Source: a virus
IMG/VR virus record: IMGVR_UViG_3300031673_000147
Span: 1 to 42,308 of that record
Direction: 5' to 3' (one strand)
DNA: 42,308 bases
The notes below the pieces were generated by a model that saw nothing but the letters and a program-made list of their open reading frames with translations, had not been told where the DNA came from and searched no databases. Below are positions 9,201 through 15,703 of the stretch, piece by piece (position 1 is the first letter of the stretch; each line of letters starts with the position of its first letter). The translations under genes and the position numbers were made by a program.

Positions 9201-10969
9201 CGCAGATTGTGGATTTAGTAGCGAAGCAGATACCGACACCGTTTTGGCGTAAGGTGGCCTCCATTCAGACCATGGCGCAACTCCTGAACCCCAAGACGGC
9301 GATCCGGAACATAGTTGGTAACTTCGGCTTTGCCGGTATGGAAAATGTCAGTGGCGTTGTCGGTGCTGGCGTTGATAAGGCGCTATCCCTGGCGACCGGC
9401 CAGCGTACAAAGGTACTGCCGAGCCTTGGCGTACAGGCGAAGGGCTTTAAACAGGGGTGGAAGTACGGCCTGGAAGATGCCCGGCTAGGAATTGACACTT
9501 CCGGCTTAACTGGAAAGTTTGATATTCCACTGAGTAGGACATTCCGCAAGGGGCCTTTAGGATTCGCGGAGAAGGCGCTCAATATTGAACTGAGGGCAAC
9601 TGACCGCGCTTTCTACCAGGCCGCTTATGATGGATCCCTAAATAACCAGATGAGGGCGGCGAAGGTAAACGCCCCTACGGAGGAAATGAGAAATGTCGCC
9701 CACCTAGACGGATTATACAAAACATTCCAGGACGATAACGCTTTAAGTAAATTATTTGTTGGGATTAAACAAGCCCTAAATAAAGTAACTGGTAGCAAGG
9801 AATTCGGCGCAGGGGATTTTATTATCAAATATCCTCGTACACCGGCTAATCTTCTGATGCGTGGGATTGATTATTCCCCGGCTGGATTTGTCAAGACTAT
9901 CCTGGAAGCGGCAAGACCTCTTGCCAAACAGCAGTTTAACCAGAAGGCTTTCGTCGAATCGTTCTCCCGGGCGCTCGTCGGATCTACCGCTTTATTTGGC
10001 ACTGGTGTGCTCCTGCATAAGTTAGGGATCATCACCGGTCGTCCGGCAGAGGATCGGGACTTATCTGAACTCAATAGACAGTCAGGTTTTGGCGAGTACC
10101 GCATTAATGCCAGTGCCTTAAAGCGCCTGGTGTTCGGTGGTGGCGATACAAAACCACAGAAAGGTGATACCATTGTTAGCTATGACTGGTTCCAGCCACA
10201 GTCGATACCGCTTGCCATCGGCGCAGATGTTGACGCTAATAAAGGAAGCGCAGCCGGACTTGCCGGAACCATCCTACAAGCCTTGGGAACGGGCGTAAAC
10301 GCCTTTGCAGAGCAGCCGGTAATGCAGGGTATCCAAACGGCATTTAGTGGCGGCTACGGCAACGCTGAACAGGGATTAATTAAGGTGCTCGAAGGTGTCC
10401 CCGCCTCGTTTATCCCAACACTATTGAACCAGGTTAAGCAACTGGCCGACAACCAACGGCGCGAGACTTACGACCCGAACAAAACCCAGGAGGCGCTCAA
10501 CAGGGCTGGGAATAAAATACCCGGTCTGGCTGGTAATCTCCCGAGGAAATACGGCACCCTCGGCCAACCACTGGAAACCTACCAAGGGGGAAGCAATAAC
10601 CCGGCTAACGTGTTCTTAAACCCGGCTTTCATCAATCAGTACAACCCATCCCGCGAGGTGGGCATGGTAAATAAAATCTACGAGCAGACCGGGGAGACAA
10701 GTCAAATCCCCCGGGTGATGCCGAAGAAGATCACCGTAAGCGGCAAGTCGTTTGTTTTGACCGGTCAGGAATATTCTAACTATCAGCGTATTGCTGGAGA
10801 ATTAACGCAGAAGGGATTCGCGAAGATGTCGGAAAACATGAAGCCTGAAGAAGCAGTCAAAAAGATGCAAGGGGTAATGTCCGACGCCAACGAAGCGGCC
10901 AAGACACAGATATTGAAGGCCCGGGGTGAACGGGTTTACAAAAAGGGCAGTGGGATAGTAGTAAAATAA
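6242..10969 (+). CDS. Giant internal virion / DNA-ejection protein (polyvalent-protein-like), with a possible ADP-ribosyltransferase-like segment
   Basis: 1575-aa ORF. N-terminal duplicated WDFTGG motif. aa ~340-440 carry GTHGAN...KGFYILAS...YVAEI. Long helical K/E/Q-rich middle region. No tail tube or sheath genes are present, so it is unlikely to be a tape measure. Confidence 0.75.
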   Translation: MAWDFTGGIGTSSNEEKKKKSSSWDFTGGLDFSSVTEKSVISDIPGEGSPEIKRLASELFVDAPTPTPAPKPTPEQLHPTLWKLTTPLRAIFENPWMERAGQAGSEVMGMMDRPDKVTTGSKFGDISADLAGGLMGFAGNPASVGAKLWGGTEQAISGALPLIPKLNVLPAIAQTGLKMGATTLPYEATRAIANDRPFDAGEAGTAAASNALLGMLLHGGGKALASFRRPGVVSPVPDVAIPGRAPGVNPPVVPRLNDFATGRDFSVRTDRGITQGELAAFKGAPARSGGRVYTQPKFSPVEAMNARNALYEAAGVKRELAQGILEPWQMTRVDFNEGHFLQGTHGANAAKIRDSGGVNKGFYILASEPNAMKTASWYTKGGTQRRGIGETDWTKTRPGSVFVLPSKEEYGHIDMIKGLREQGGRMIGGSNYPYKTIPYVAEIPPGVDPHKFLVEKAITEGKPVPAKVLKDYPDLQAKAVGTPGKGFASKPALPPLRPIAPNGILGPGSISAAKFTIPKKQSLIPGTNDRVRSFHVTGMKSPITAPETKSGLLMDVYEGGPGVYQRISHTQTEAGAKQYLAEEGLDKSINYVLHSKDVSSYKTGLAKEVITELQNKGGINQALDVYESMAEQLTRAGQMTEAAKLFNALTPDGVVLKATRDIKKAAEQLPAGTKKKHQETSQKVQETFDQINKETVEQVIAETPQLDKIPAQGKPGIPRTGDQTGGQPKEKKGPAPAEMLAQRVKQHVAEPKEGEADPIKDMVNTLFKKAKEVLPEQEVKRIPRDEMEFIKEAIANKQKYGTVWNEAKKVLQAKYGDKPEVMNSVESFISHYLNIPYSEKSIGKITRAGIRGEEIDLAQVVRQHYTMQDKTGRDLVKKLVDFGSLPQRDAEILALEIGTKFDELAARKKQQVLDQIFKQRGPIQRKPIDQKIIEWSNMGALSDAQYRRLVAEKMGLPVLTDDVANSLRKLANEAQTSTGRKAEILRAQIVDLVAKQIPTPFWRKVASIQTMAQLLNPKTAIRNIVGNFGFAGMENVSGVVGAGVDKALSLATGQRTKVLPSLGVQAKGFKQGWKYGLEDARLGIDTSGLTGKFDIPLSRTFRKGPLGFAEKALNIELRATDRAFYQAAYDGSLNNQMRAAKVNAPTEEMRNVAHLDGLYKTFQDDNALSKLFVGIKQALNKVTGSKEFGAGDFIIKYPRTPANLLMRGIDYSPAGFVKTILEAARPLAKQQFNQKAFVESFSRALVGSTALFGTGVLLHKLGIITGRPAEDRDLSELNRQSGFGEYRINASALKRLVFGGGDTKPQKGDTIVSYDWFQPQSIPLAIGADVDANKGSAAGLAGTILQALGTGVNAFAEQPVMQGIQTAFSGGYGNAEQGLIKVLEGVPASFIPTLLNQVKQLADNQRRETYDPNKTQEALNRAGNKIPGLAGNLPRKYGTLGQPLETYQGGSNNPANVFLNPAFINQYNPSREVGMVNKIYEQTGETSQIPRVMPKKITVSGKSFVLTGQEYSNYQRIAGELTQKGFAKMSENMKPEEAVKKMQGVMSDANEAAKTQILKARGERVYKKGSGIVVK

Positions 10970-10995
10970 CCGCTCTACACGAGGCGGTTTTCTGT
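10968..10995 (+). terminator. Rho-independent terminator after the ejection-protein operon
   Basis: AACCGC-10 nt loop-GCGGTT followed by TTCTG. Confidence 0.6.
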
Positions 10996-11034
10996 AAAAC
11001 ATTGGAAGCGATTATTAAAACGATTCCAGCTAAA

Positions 11035-11376
11035 CTATAGACCCTTATACTCTTGTTGTTCTAGTTTTTCTGATTGTACTCCGCAAAAAGCAATTAAACC
11101 TATAGCCACAAGCCACAATACAACGTAAGAGATTATGGCAATGGTGTAGGTGTTAAACCATGTTCCCGTCATTTTACATGATGCAAATACCCAATAAATT
11201 TCCGCAACAACTGGAAGTACAAGAGATATTAGCGCAGCGATTATACCTTTTTCTGCCAACGATATTATTATTGTCCATAAATGAATCAGTAGTCCGGCAA
11301 TACCCAACACCAAGTACAAAACCCCACCGGAAATAAACCCGGCATTAACAAGAAGTTTACGTGTTTTCATTTTCAA
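11035..11376 (-). CDS. Small polytopic membrane protein (moron; candidate superinfection-exclusion or immunity factor)
   Basis: 113 aa with 3-4 hydrophobic helices. ATG after AAGGAGGTGG. Has its own promoter and runs opposite to its neighbours. Confidence 0.8.
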   Translation of the reverse strand: MKMKTRKLLVNAGFISGGVLYLVLGIAGLLIHLWTIIISLAEKGIIAALISLVLPVVAEIYWVFASCKMTGTWFNTYTIAIISYVVLWLVAIGLIAFCGVQSEKLEQQEYKGL

Positions 11377-11384
11377 CCACCTCC

Positions 11385-11414
11385 TTTATTGGAAATTATA
11401 CGCCGAGTACCTTA
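11385..11414 (-). promoter_or_regulatory. SigmaA-type promoter of the membrane moron
   Basis: Minus strand reads TTGCAT-18 nt-TATAAT. Confidence 0.65.
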
Positions 11415-11541
11415 TTCAATGCAAGAGGGGAGGATTAATTACCTCCCCTTCTCTATTAGTGTAGGCCCCGCCCAGGGGGTGGCCCCGACGGGTTTTAACA
11501 GAGATCAAACCTCTGTTGCCTACTCCTAAATAGTACCATCT

Positions 11542-11865
11542 TTGCTGGGAAACGTCCATGTCAGGCGCTTCCTTTTTGTAAAATTACACCAGGGGGTGGA
11601 CAAGACGACGGAGCAAGAAGAAATCTCCGCGCTGTTAGTAGAAAATATCCGGCTATTCGACCGGATCATAACCAAGACGGATGAGTTAAACAAAAGGTTA
11701 GTAACCGCTTTCATAGTGGCAATGCTGGCCTTTTCGTTTACCCTTTTTGGTATCTCGTGGTTGTATTTCAAGTCAGATTATTTATACCCAGAGATCCCTC
11801 CGGTAACGCAGACACAAACTAATGATCAGAAAGTAGACATCAATACGAATGGAGGTAATAAATAA
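11542..11865 (+). CDS. Lysis-cassette membrane protein (coiled-coil N-terminus plus one TM helix; holin-associated)
   Basis: ORF with the TM segment LVTAFIVAMLAFSFTLFGISWLYF. The true start may be the in-frame GTG at 11596. It lies directly upstream of the XhlA-like gene and the amidase. Confidence 0.6.
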   Translation: MLGNVHVRRFLFVKLHQGVDKTTEQEEISALLVENIRLFDRIITKTDELNKRLVTAFIVAMLAFSFTLFGISWLYFKSDYLYPEIPPVTQTQTNDQKVDINTNGGNK

Positions 11866-11930
11866 TGCCTAAACCGCGGAAACCCCAGAAACCCCAGAAG
11901 CCACAAAAACCCCAGAAGCCCCAGGAGTAG
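11865..11930 (+). CDS. Micro-ORF encoding MPKPRKPQKPQKPQKPQKPQE
   Basis: ATG overlaps the previous stop (TAATG) and lies 9 nt after GGAGG. The body is five tandem 9-bp units: aaaccccag / aaaccccag / aagccacaa / aaaccccag / aagccccag. Confidence 0.4.
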   Translation: MPKPRKPQKPQKPQKPQKPQE

Positions 11931-11941
11931 GAGGCGCCATA

Positions 11942-12217
11942 ATGAACTGCATTAACTGCAAACTTGAAAAGCGGATGGATGCTGCTGAGAGAGACATCAA
12001 CAAATTACAGAAGGACCAGGGCGCCCAAGATGTCAACGCTGGGAAAATGGAAGTGACATTGCAGTATATCAAGATAACCCTGGATGATGTTAAAAAGAAG
12101 ATTGACAAGATAACCGAAGCCCCAAGTAAGCGTTGGGATATCGTGTATAATACGTCAATCGCCGGGGTTGTAGCGGCTATTGTCGCGGCGGTAATGGCTG
12201 TAATAATAATAAAATAG
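11942..12217 (+). CDS. XhlA-like holin-associated membrane protein
   Basis: 91 aa: coiled-coil N-terminus plus a C-terminal TM helix (IAGVVAAIVAAVMAVIIIK). GGAGG RBS. Immediately precedes the amidase, as in PBSX-type lysis cassettes. Confidence 0.6.
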   Translation: MNCINCKLEKRMDAAERDINKLQKDQGAQDVNAGKMEVTLQYIKITLDDVKKKIDKITEAPSKRWDIVYNTSIAGVVAAIVAAVMAVIIIK

Positions 12218-12227
12218 GGGGATATTT

Positions 12228-12938
12228 ATGCCATTAGTAATTTTAGACCCTGGCCATAGTCCAAAGAACGATTCTGGACAAGATCCCGGAGCTGTCGGAA
12301 ACGGTATCCACGAGGCCGACATAACCGCCGATGTATGTAGCCGTATTGCCGCTAAATTGCCACTATACGGCATAGACAACGTGATTATCCAACCAGACGA
12401 GGAAACACTGGGGAGGGTAGTCGCAGAAGCCAACTCCCACCCGGAGGCCGCTTTCTTTTTGAGCGCCCACGTCAATAGCGCAGTAAGTGCGAACGCTACC
12501 GGTTTTGAGAGTTTTACCTATCCGGGCAGCCAGAAGGCCGATAATCTTCGCTTCTATGTCCACACCGAAGTAGCCAACTTTTATCGGCAGTATGGCTTTA
12601 TGGACCGCGGTAAAAAGACGGCTAATTTTGCTGTTCTGCGGGATACATCCATGCCGGCGATGCTTTTCGAGAACCTTTTCATTTCTAACCAATTCGACGC
12701 TGCGAAGTTAAAGGATGTCGCCTTCCTTGATGGCCTGGCCGGAGCTTACGCCAAAGGCATAGCCCGGGCGCTTGGTTGCGCCTGGAAGAGGGAGGTTGAA
12801 GCTGTGATTCCTGATTGGGCCAAAGACAGTGTAATGTGGGCCGTGGCGCATGGCCTTATTGTTTCTCCAGAGAATCGGAGCGAGGATTTTTATGCGCTTA
12901 TCAGGGTGCTGTACGAGTACGATAAAATGAAAGGTTGA
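12228..12938 (+). CDS. N-acetylmuramoyl-L-alanine amidase endolysin (Amidase_3 family)
   Basis: N-terminus VILDPGHSPKNDSGQDPGAVGNGIHEADIT matches the Amidase_3 zinc-site pattern. The C-terminus (PDWAKDSVMWAVAHGLI) looks like a short SLH-like wall-binding motif. Confidence 0.9.
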   Translation: MPLVILDPGHSPKNDSGQDPGAVGNGIHEADITADVCSRIAAKLPLYGIDNVIIQPDEETLGRVVAEANSHPEAAFFLSAHVNSAVSANATGFESFTYPGSQKADNLRFYVHTEVANFYRQYGFMDRGKKTANFAVLRDTSMPAMLFENLFISNQFDAAKLKDVAFLDGLAGAYAKGIARALGCAWKREVEAVIPDWAKDSVMWAVAHGLIVSPENRSEDFYALIRVLYEYDKMKG

Positions 12939-12963
12939 CTACGAAAGGGGGGGGGTGCTCTAT

Positions 12964-13131
12964 TTGCAGTGTCCTGAGTGTAACACAGGAATGGAGGCTA
13001 CAGTTATCCCTCGCAGCAATTTATACATCTGGGATTGTCCAAGATGCGGCACAAATTATGATGATAGAACGGCCAAAATTACATTAAGCAAAGAAAGGAT
13101 GATGCCTGATGCGTCCCCGGCAATCGAATGA
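12964..13131 (+). CDS. Zinc-ribbon protein (CPEC...CPRC)
   Basis: 55-aa ORF not in the >=60 aa track. TTG at 12964 (or GTG at 12955) follows a G-rich RBS. Its stop overlaps the next ORF (ATGA). Confidence 0.5.
   Translation: MQCPECNTGMEATVIPRSNLYIWDCPRCGTNYDDRTAKITLSKERMMPDASPAIE
13099..13126. repeat. 28-nt junction repeat, copy A (27/28 identical to 13327-13354)
   Basis: atgatgcctgatgcgtccccgGcaatcg versus atgatgcctgatgcgtccccgAcaatcg. Similarity continues through aatatct(t)aa(a)ggagg and gacgaacaaa. Confidence 0.9.
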
Positions 13132-13169
13132 AGATAGAATACTTAAAATATCTTAAGGAGGAATCCCCT

Positions 13170-13337
13170 GTGGACGAACAAATCCAGGTTACCACCGAAC
13201 CGGATCCGGACCCGTGTGCTAATTGCGATATTAAGGAAGAGCGGTACAGGCTCTATGCCGAGAATCAGGTTTTGCGGCAGAAGATTAAGCAAGTTTATGG
13301 AATTTTGGCTCCATTGTTATTTAGGAATGATGCCTGA
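13170..13337 (+). CDS. Small hypothetical protein
   Basis: The ORF is open from 13128. The GTG at 13170 is 8 nt after AAGGAGG and matches the start context of the paralogous junction at 13389. Confidence 0.55.
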   Translation: MDEQIQVTTEPDPDPCANCDIKEERYRLYAENQVLRQKIKQVYGILAPLLFRNDA

Positions 13338-13354
13338 TGCGTCCCCGACAATCG
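13327..13354. repeat. 28-nt junction repeat, copy B
   Basis: See copy A. The two copies are read in different frames by the ORFs that end inside them. Confidence 0.9.
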
Positions 13355-13388
13355 CCTTAAACTTGAATATCTAAAGGAGGTCATACCT

Positions 13389-13574
13389 ATGGGAGACGAA
13401 CAAACCCAACCAAAGAAGCTGGATGCCATTGACTACACCCTTATTGCGGCTTTCATGATTGCCCTCGTAACCGTGTGCAGCATGGTGGTACAGGGTCAAG
13501 GCGTACCCGAATTGATGCAAAATATCTTCTGGGCTATCGGCATGGCGCTCGGAATGAAAAAAGTGCCAGCTTAA
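13389..13574 (+). CDS. Small two-TM membrane protein (holin-like)
   Basis: 61 aa with two hydrophobic helices. ATG 7 nt after AAGGAGG. Last gene of the lysis block, followed by a terminator. Confidence 0.65.
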   Translation: MGDEQTQPKKLDAIDYTLIAAFMIALVTVCSMVVQGQGVPELMQNIFWAIGMALGMKKVPA

Positions 13575-13586
13575 CTATCATCCCTC

Positions 13587-13620
13587 AACCCCCGGCTCCG
13601 GCTGGGGGTTTTTCTGTTTT
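13587..13620 (+). terminator. Rho-independent terminator of the late/lysis operon
   Basis: AACCCCCGG-ctccgg-CTGGGGGTT (9-bp stem with one G.T pair) followed by TTTCTGTTTT. Confidence 0.8.
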
Positions 13621-13649
13621 ATGCGAAATTATTTCCGCGTAAACTTGGC

Positions 13650-13679
13650 TTTACAATGGGTGGATAGTGGGGGTATAAT
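13650..13679 (+). promoter_or_regulatory. SigmaA-type promoter of the 3-gene accessory cassette
   Basis: TTTACA-18 nt-TATAAT, 18 nt upstream of the ATG at 13698. Confidence 0.65.
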
Positions 13680-13697
13680 ATGGATGGAGGTGTTTAA

Positions 13698-14087
13698 ATG
13701 AAACAAAGAATAACCGTTGAGCAACTGAACGAACTGACCCCGGAGAAGAAGGAGAAGCTTCGGGAGTGGTGGAGGCCACAGGAAGGTGATTGCATTATAA
13801 GCGGAAAAGATGACCGTATTAGGTTTATAGGAAGACCTTGCAATGGTTTTGCCTGTCAGTTTTTCCCGTTTGCCAATTTTGGCAACGAAACAGACTTAAT
13901 CCCAATAAATTTGTGCCTCCCCCATCTCTCCATCGGCCAGTGCATTGAACTGCTAGGTCATAAATTACAGAAAATAGAGTACGATTTTTTCATCAATAAT
14001 TATTATGTCAGTGTTTTAAACATAGGCACAAACGGTAAAACAGAGTTAATCGACGCCCTATTCGCGGCAGTAAAGGAGGCGCTGTAA
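13698..14087 (+). CDS. Hypothetical phage protein (distant paralogue of 27767-28207)
   Basis: 129 aa, GGAGG RBS. Shares the pattern W.P..GD ... LP.L..L.E.L ... AL with the ORF at 27767. Confidence 0.75.
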   Translation: MKQRITVEQLNELTPEKKEKLREWWRPQEGDCIISGKDDRIRFIGRPCNGFACQFFPFANFGNETDLIPINLCLPHLSIGQCIELLGHKLQKIEYDFFINNYYVSVLNIGTNGKTELIDALFAAVKEAL

Positions 14088-14249
14088 GTGTCAAAGCGCC
14101 TAGAAACCTACCTTGACGGTGAAACAATCAAGCGTATACAGGATGCCGCCAAACGGTCGAAACTATCCGTTAGTACGTGGTTGAAACTGGTTGCGCTGAG
14201 GGAATTGGATCGGGACGAATATCGCCAACGGAAGGAGGATGACAAGTGA
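14088..14249 (+). CDS. Ribbon-helix-helix (CopG/antitoxin-like) protein
   Basis: 53-aa ORF not in the track. GTG starts directly after the previous TAA, 8 nt after AAGGAGG. VSKRLETYLDGETIKRIQDAAKRSKLSVSTWLKLVALREL fits an RHH beta-alpha-alpha pattern. Confidence 0.6.
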   Translation: MSKRLETYLDGETIKRIQDAAKRSKLSVSTWLKLVALRELDRDEYRQRKEDDK

Positions 14250-14548
14250 GCCTAGAACTGCAAACCTGCCTCAAAAAGTACGGACCTCCACATATTTTCA
14301 GCTACCGCCACGGGGCCTGGATAAAAATAAAATGTGACGGTTACGCAGTTATTGACGAGTATCTCAGCCTATTTCTGTCCGGTCAGACGGTGGCGCAGTT
14401 ATTTCTCGGGGAGGACGACATTGCGATTAGGCGAAGTGTGCTGGACAGGCCGTCCAACTTGGTTATGCGGGGTAAGGCGTGTTTCAATGTCAGGTGTGGC
14501 GGGGAGTTTTTTATGGAGGTATTTTGGTCTGAGGGGGATATAGATTAA
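14246..14548 (+). CDS. Hypothetical protein coupled to the RHH gene
   Basis: 100 aa. GTG overlaps the RHH stop (GTGA), with a GGAAGGAGGA RBS. No recognisable motif. Confidence 0.6.
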   Translation: MSLELQTCLKKYGPPHIFSYRHGAWIKIKCDGYAVIDEYLSLFLSGQTVAQLFLGEDDIAIRRSVLDRPSNLVMRGKACFNVRCGGEFFMEVFWSEGDID

Positions 14549-15036
14549 CCCCTCCCTAACAACCTGGCAATCCAGCCGGGTTTCTTTTTTTCCATCTCCT
14601 CCACCTTCCCCCAAACCGCCGCGACTTCCTTCCGCGCTTCCTCGCTTTCTTCCTCCTGCTTCGTCAGCCTTCCGCGTAACTCCTCGATTTCTTCTTCATT
14701 CCTTTTGGCTTCTTCCTCGTACCTCTGACTGACCTCTTCGATCATCTTCCTTGTTTCCGCGTTTTCCGCTTCGTTCCTGCTTACCACTTCCGCGATCATA
14801 TCAAGTAGGGATTGTCGCGTAACCAGCGCATAGGATTCAGGCGGAAGGACGTCCACCTCGACTTCCCTGTTGGCCTGGTAGTCAATTACAGCCTGGGCAG
14901 GTATGCGCCATTCCTCGGTTTTCTTGCCGGGTACTTTTTTGGCTCCACTAAACTTTTGGGCTGCGCATAGCAGCGTTACATTTTTGGGGCTACAGCCCAT
15001 TATCGCGGCGGTTTCCTTAGCTGTGAGGTAGTGCAT
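14545..15036 (-). CDS. HTH (excisionase/MerR-type) DNA-binding protein with a long acidic coiled coil
   Basis: N-terminus YLTAKETAAIMGCSPKNVTLL resembles an HTH_17 pattern. The C-terminus is an E/K-rich coiled coil. Confidence 0.75.
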   Translation of the reverse strand: MHYLTAKETAAIMGCSPKNVTLLCAAQKFSGAKKVPGKKTEEWRIPAQAVIDYQANREVEVDVLPPESYALVTRQSLLDMIAEVVSRNEAENAETRKMIEEVSQRYEEEAKRNEEEIEELRGRLTKQEEESEEARKEVAAVWGKVEEMEKKKPGWIARLLGRG

Positions 15037-15485
15037 CGTATCTCCTCCCGAAAGGCGTTTAATTCAGCTTTTCTTGTGGATAACTTTTTAGCTATATCAT
15101 CATCATTATGGTCATTTATACATGGTTCTTTATAGGGTGTCACTGTGACACTAGGTGGTGTCCCTCTGACACTAGGGGGTGGTGTCTGTGTGACACTAGG
15201 GAACATAATTTCGTATATATTACTCTCGTTATCCCCATTCTTTTTCGGCCTGGTGTGTTTTACAAGGTATCCTTTTTCCAGCAAGGAGTTAACGGTGCGT
15301 ATCGCTGTACTGCGGCTAATACTGCACTTCTTGCCTATAGTTGAGTAGCTGGGGAACGCAGAACTGGCGTTATTGGCACAGCGACAGAGGTAAAGCAAGG
15401 CTATTTTTTCATTTGTGGATAACGCTAATTCAAAGATGGTATTCGGGGCCTGGAAGTATGGGATATGTAAGATGATCCGATCCAA
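15000..15485 (-). CDS. Winged-helix (HTH_36-like) replication-initiator-like protein with iterons inside its gene
   Basis: TTG start 7 nt after AGGAGG. FPSYSTIGKKCSISRSTAIRTVNSLLEKGYL is a wHTH pattern. Three tandem iterons and an AT-rich tract lie within the 3' half of the gene. Confidence 0.75.
   Translation of the reverse strand: MDRIILHIPYFQAPNTIFELALSTNEKIALLYLCRCANNASSAFPSYSTIGKKCSISRSTAIRTVNSLLEKGYLVKHTRPKKNGDNESNIYEIMFPSVTQTPPPSVRGTPPSVTVTPYKEPCINDHNDDDIAKKLSTRKAELNAFREEIRCTTSQLRKPPR
15136..15200. repeat. Three tandem iterons GGTGTC-N4-TGACACTAGG (candidate origin)
   Basis: Units start at 15136, 15157 and 15181. Each contains an internal inverted repeat (GTGTC/GACAC). An A+T-rich stretch follows (aacataatttcgtatatattac). 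Confidence 0.8.
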
Positions 15486-15529
15486 ATCAACACCTCCTAA
15501 AAAGTTAATAAGAAACTACTCCCGAGGCA

Positions 15530-15557
15530 TTGACTTTTTTTGCTGTTTTGTTATAAT
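15530..15557 (+). promoter_or_regulatory. Strong sigmaA promoter with extended -10, embedded in an 11-bp inverted repeat
   Basis: TTGACT-16 nt-TGtTATAAT. GCTGTTTTGTT (15542-52) and AACAAAACAGC (15572-82) flank the -10 element and the expected start site. Confidence 0.7.
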
Positions 15558-15563
15558 GTCCGT

Positions 15564-15650
15564 ACAGACAAAACAAAACAGCGGAGTCAAAACTCCGGGT
15601 TGTTGTGAACCGTCCAGCCGGCCAAAGCTAAGGACGGTTCGATTCGTTTT
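15564..15650 (+). ncRNA. Candidate small RNA
   Basis: Nothing with an RBS is coding downstream of the promoter. Hairpins GGAGT-caaa-ACTCC and GAACCGTCC-16 nt-GGACGGTTC are followed by gattcgtttt. A second strong terminator lies at 15704-15731. Confidence 0.4.
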
Positions 15651-15703
15651 ATGAGATCGATCATATATGAAAATTATGCCAACGTCAATAATCGACAGTA
15701 TAA

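Noticed and set aside
6242-10969. The 1575-aa protein as a tape-measure protein.
   Set aside because: There are no tail tube, sheath, chaperone-frameshift or baseplate genes. The gene is preceded by two low-complexity ejection-type proteins as in podoviruses, and its sequence is not uniformly helical.
15415-15654. 79-aa plus-strand ORF over the 15530 promoter region.
   Set aside because: It has no RBS, it starts inside the minus-strand initiator-like gene, the sequence is not protein-like, and the region is better explained by promoter, operator and hairpins.
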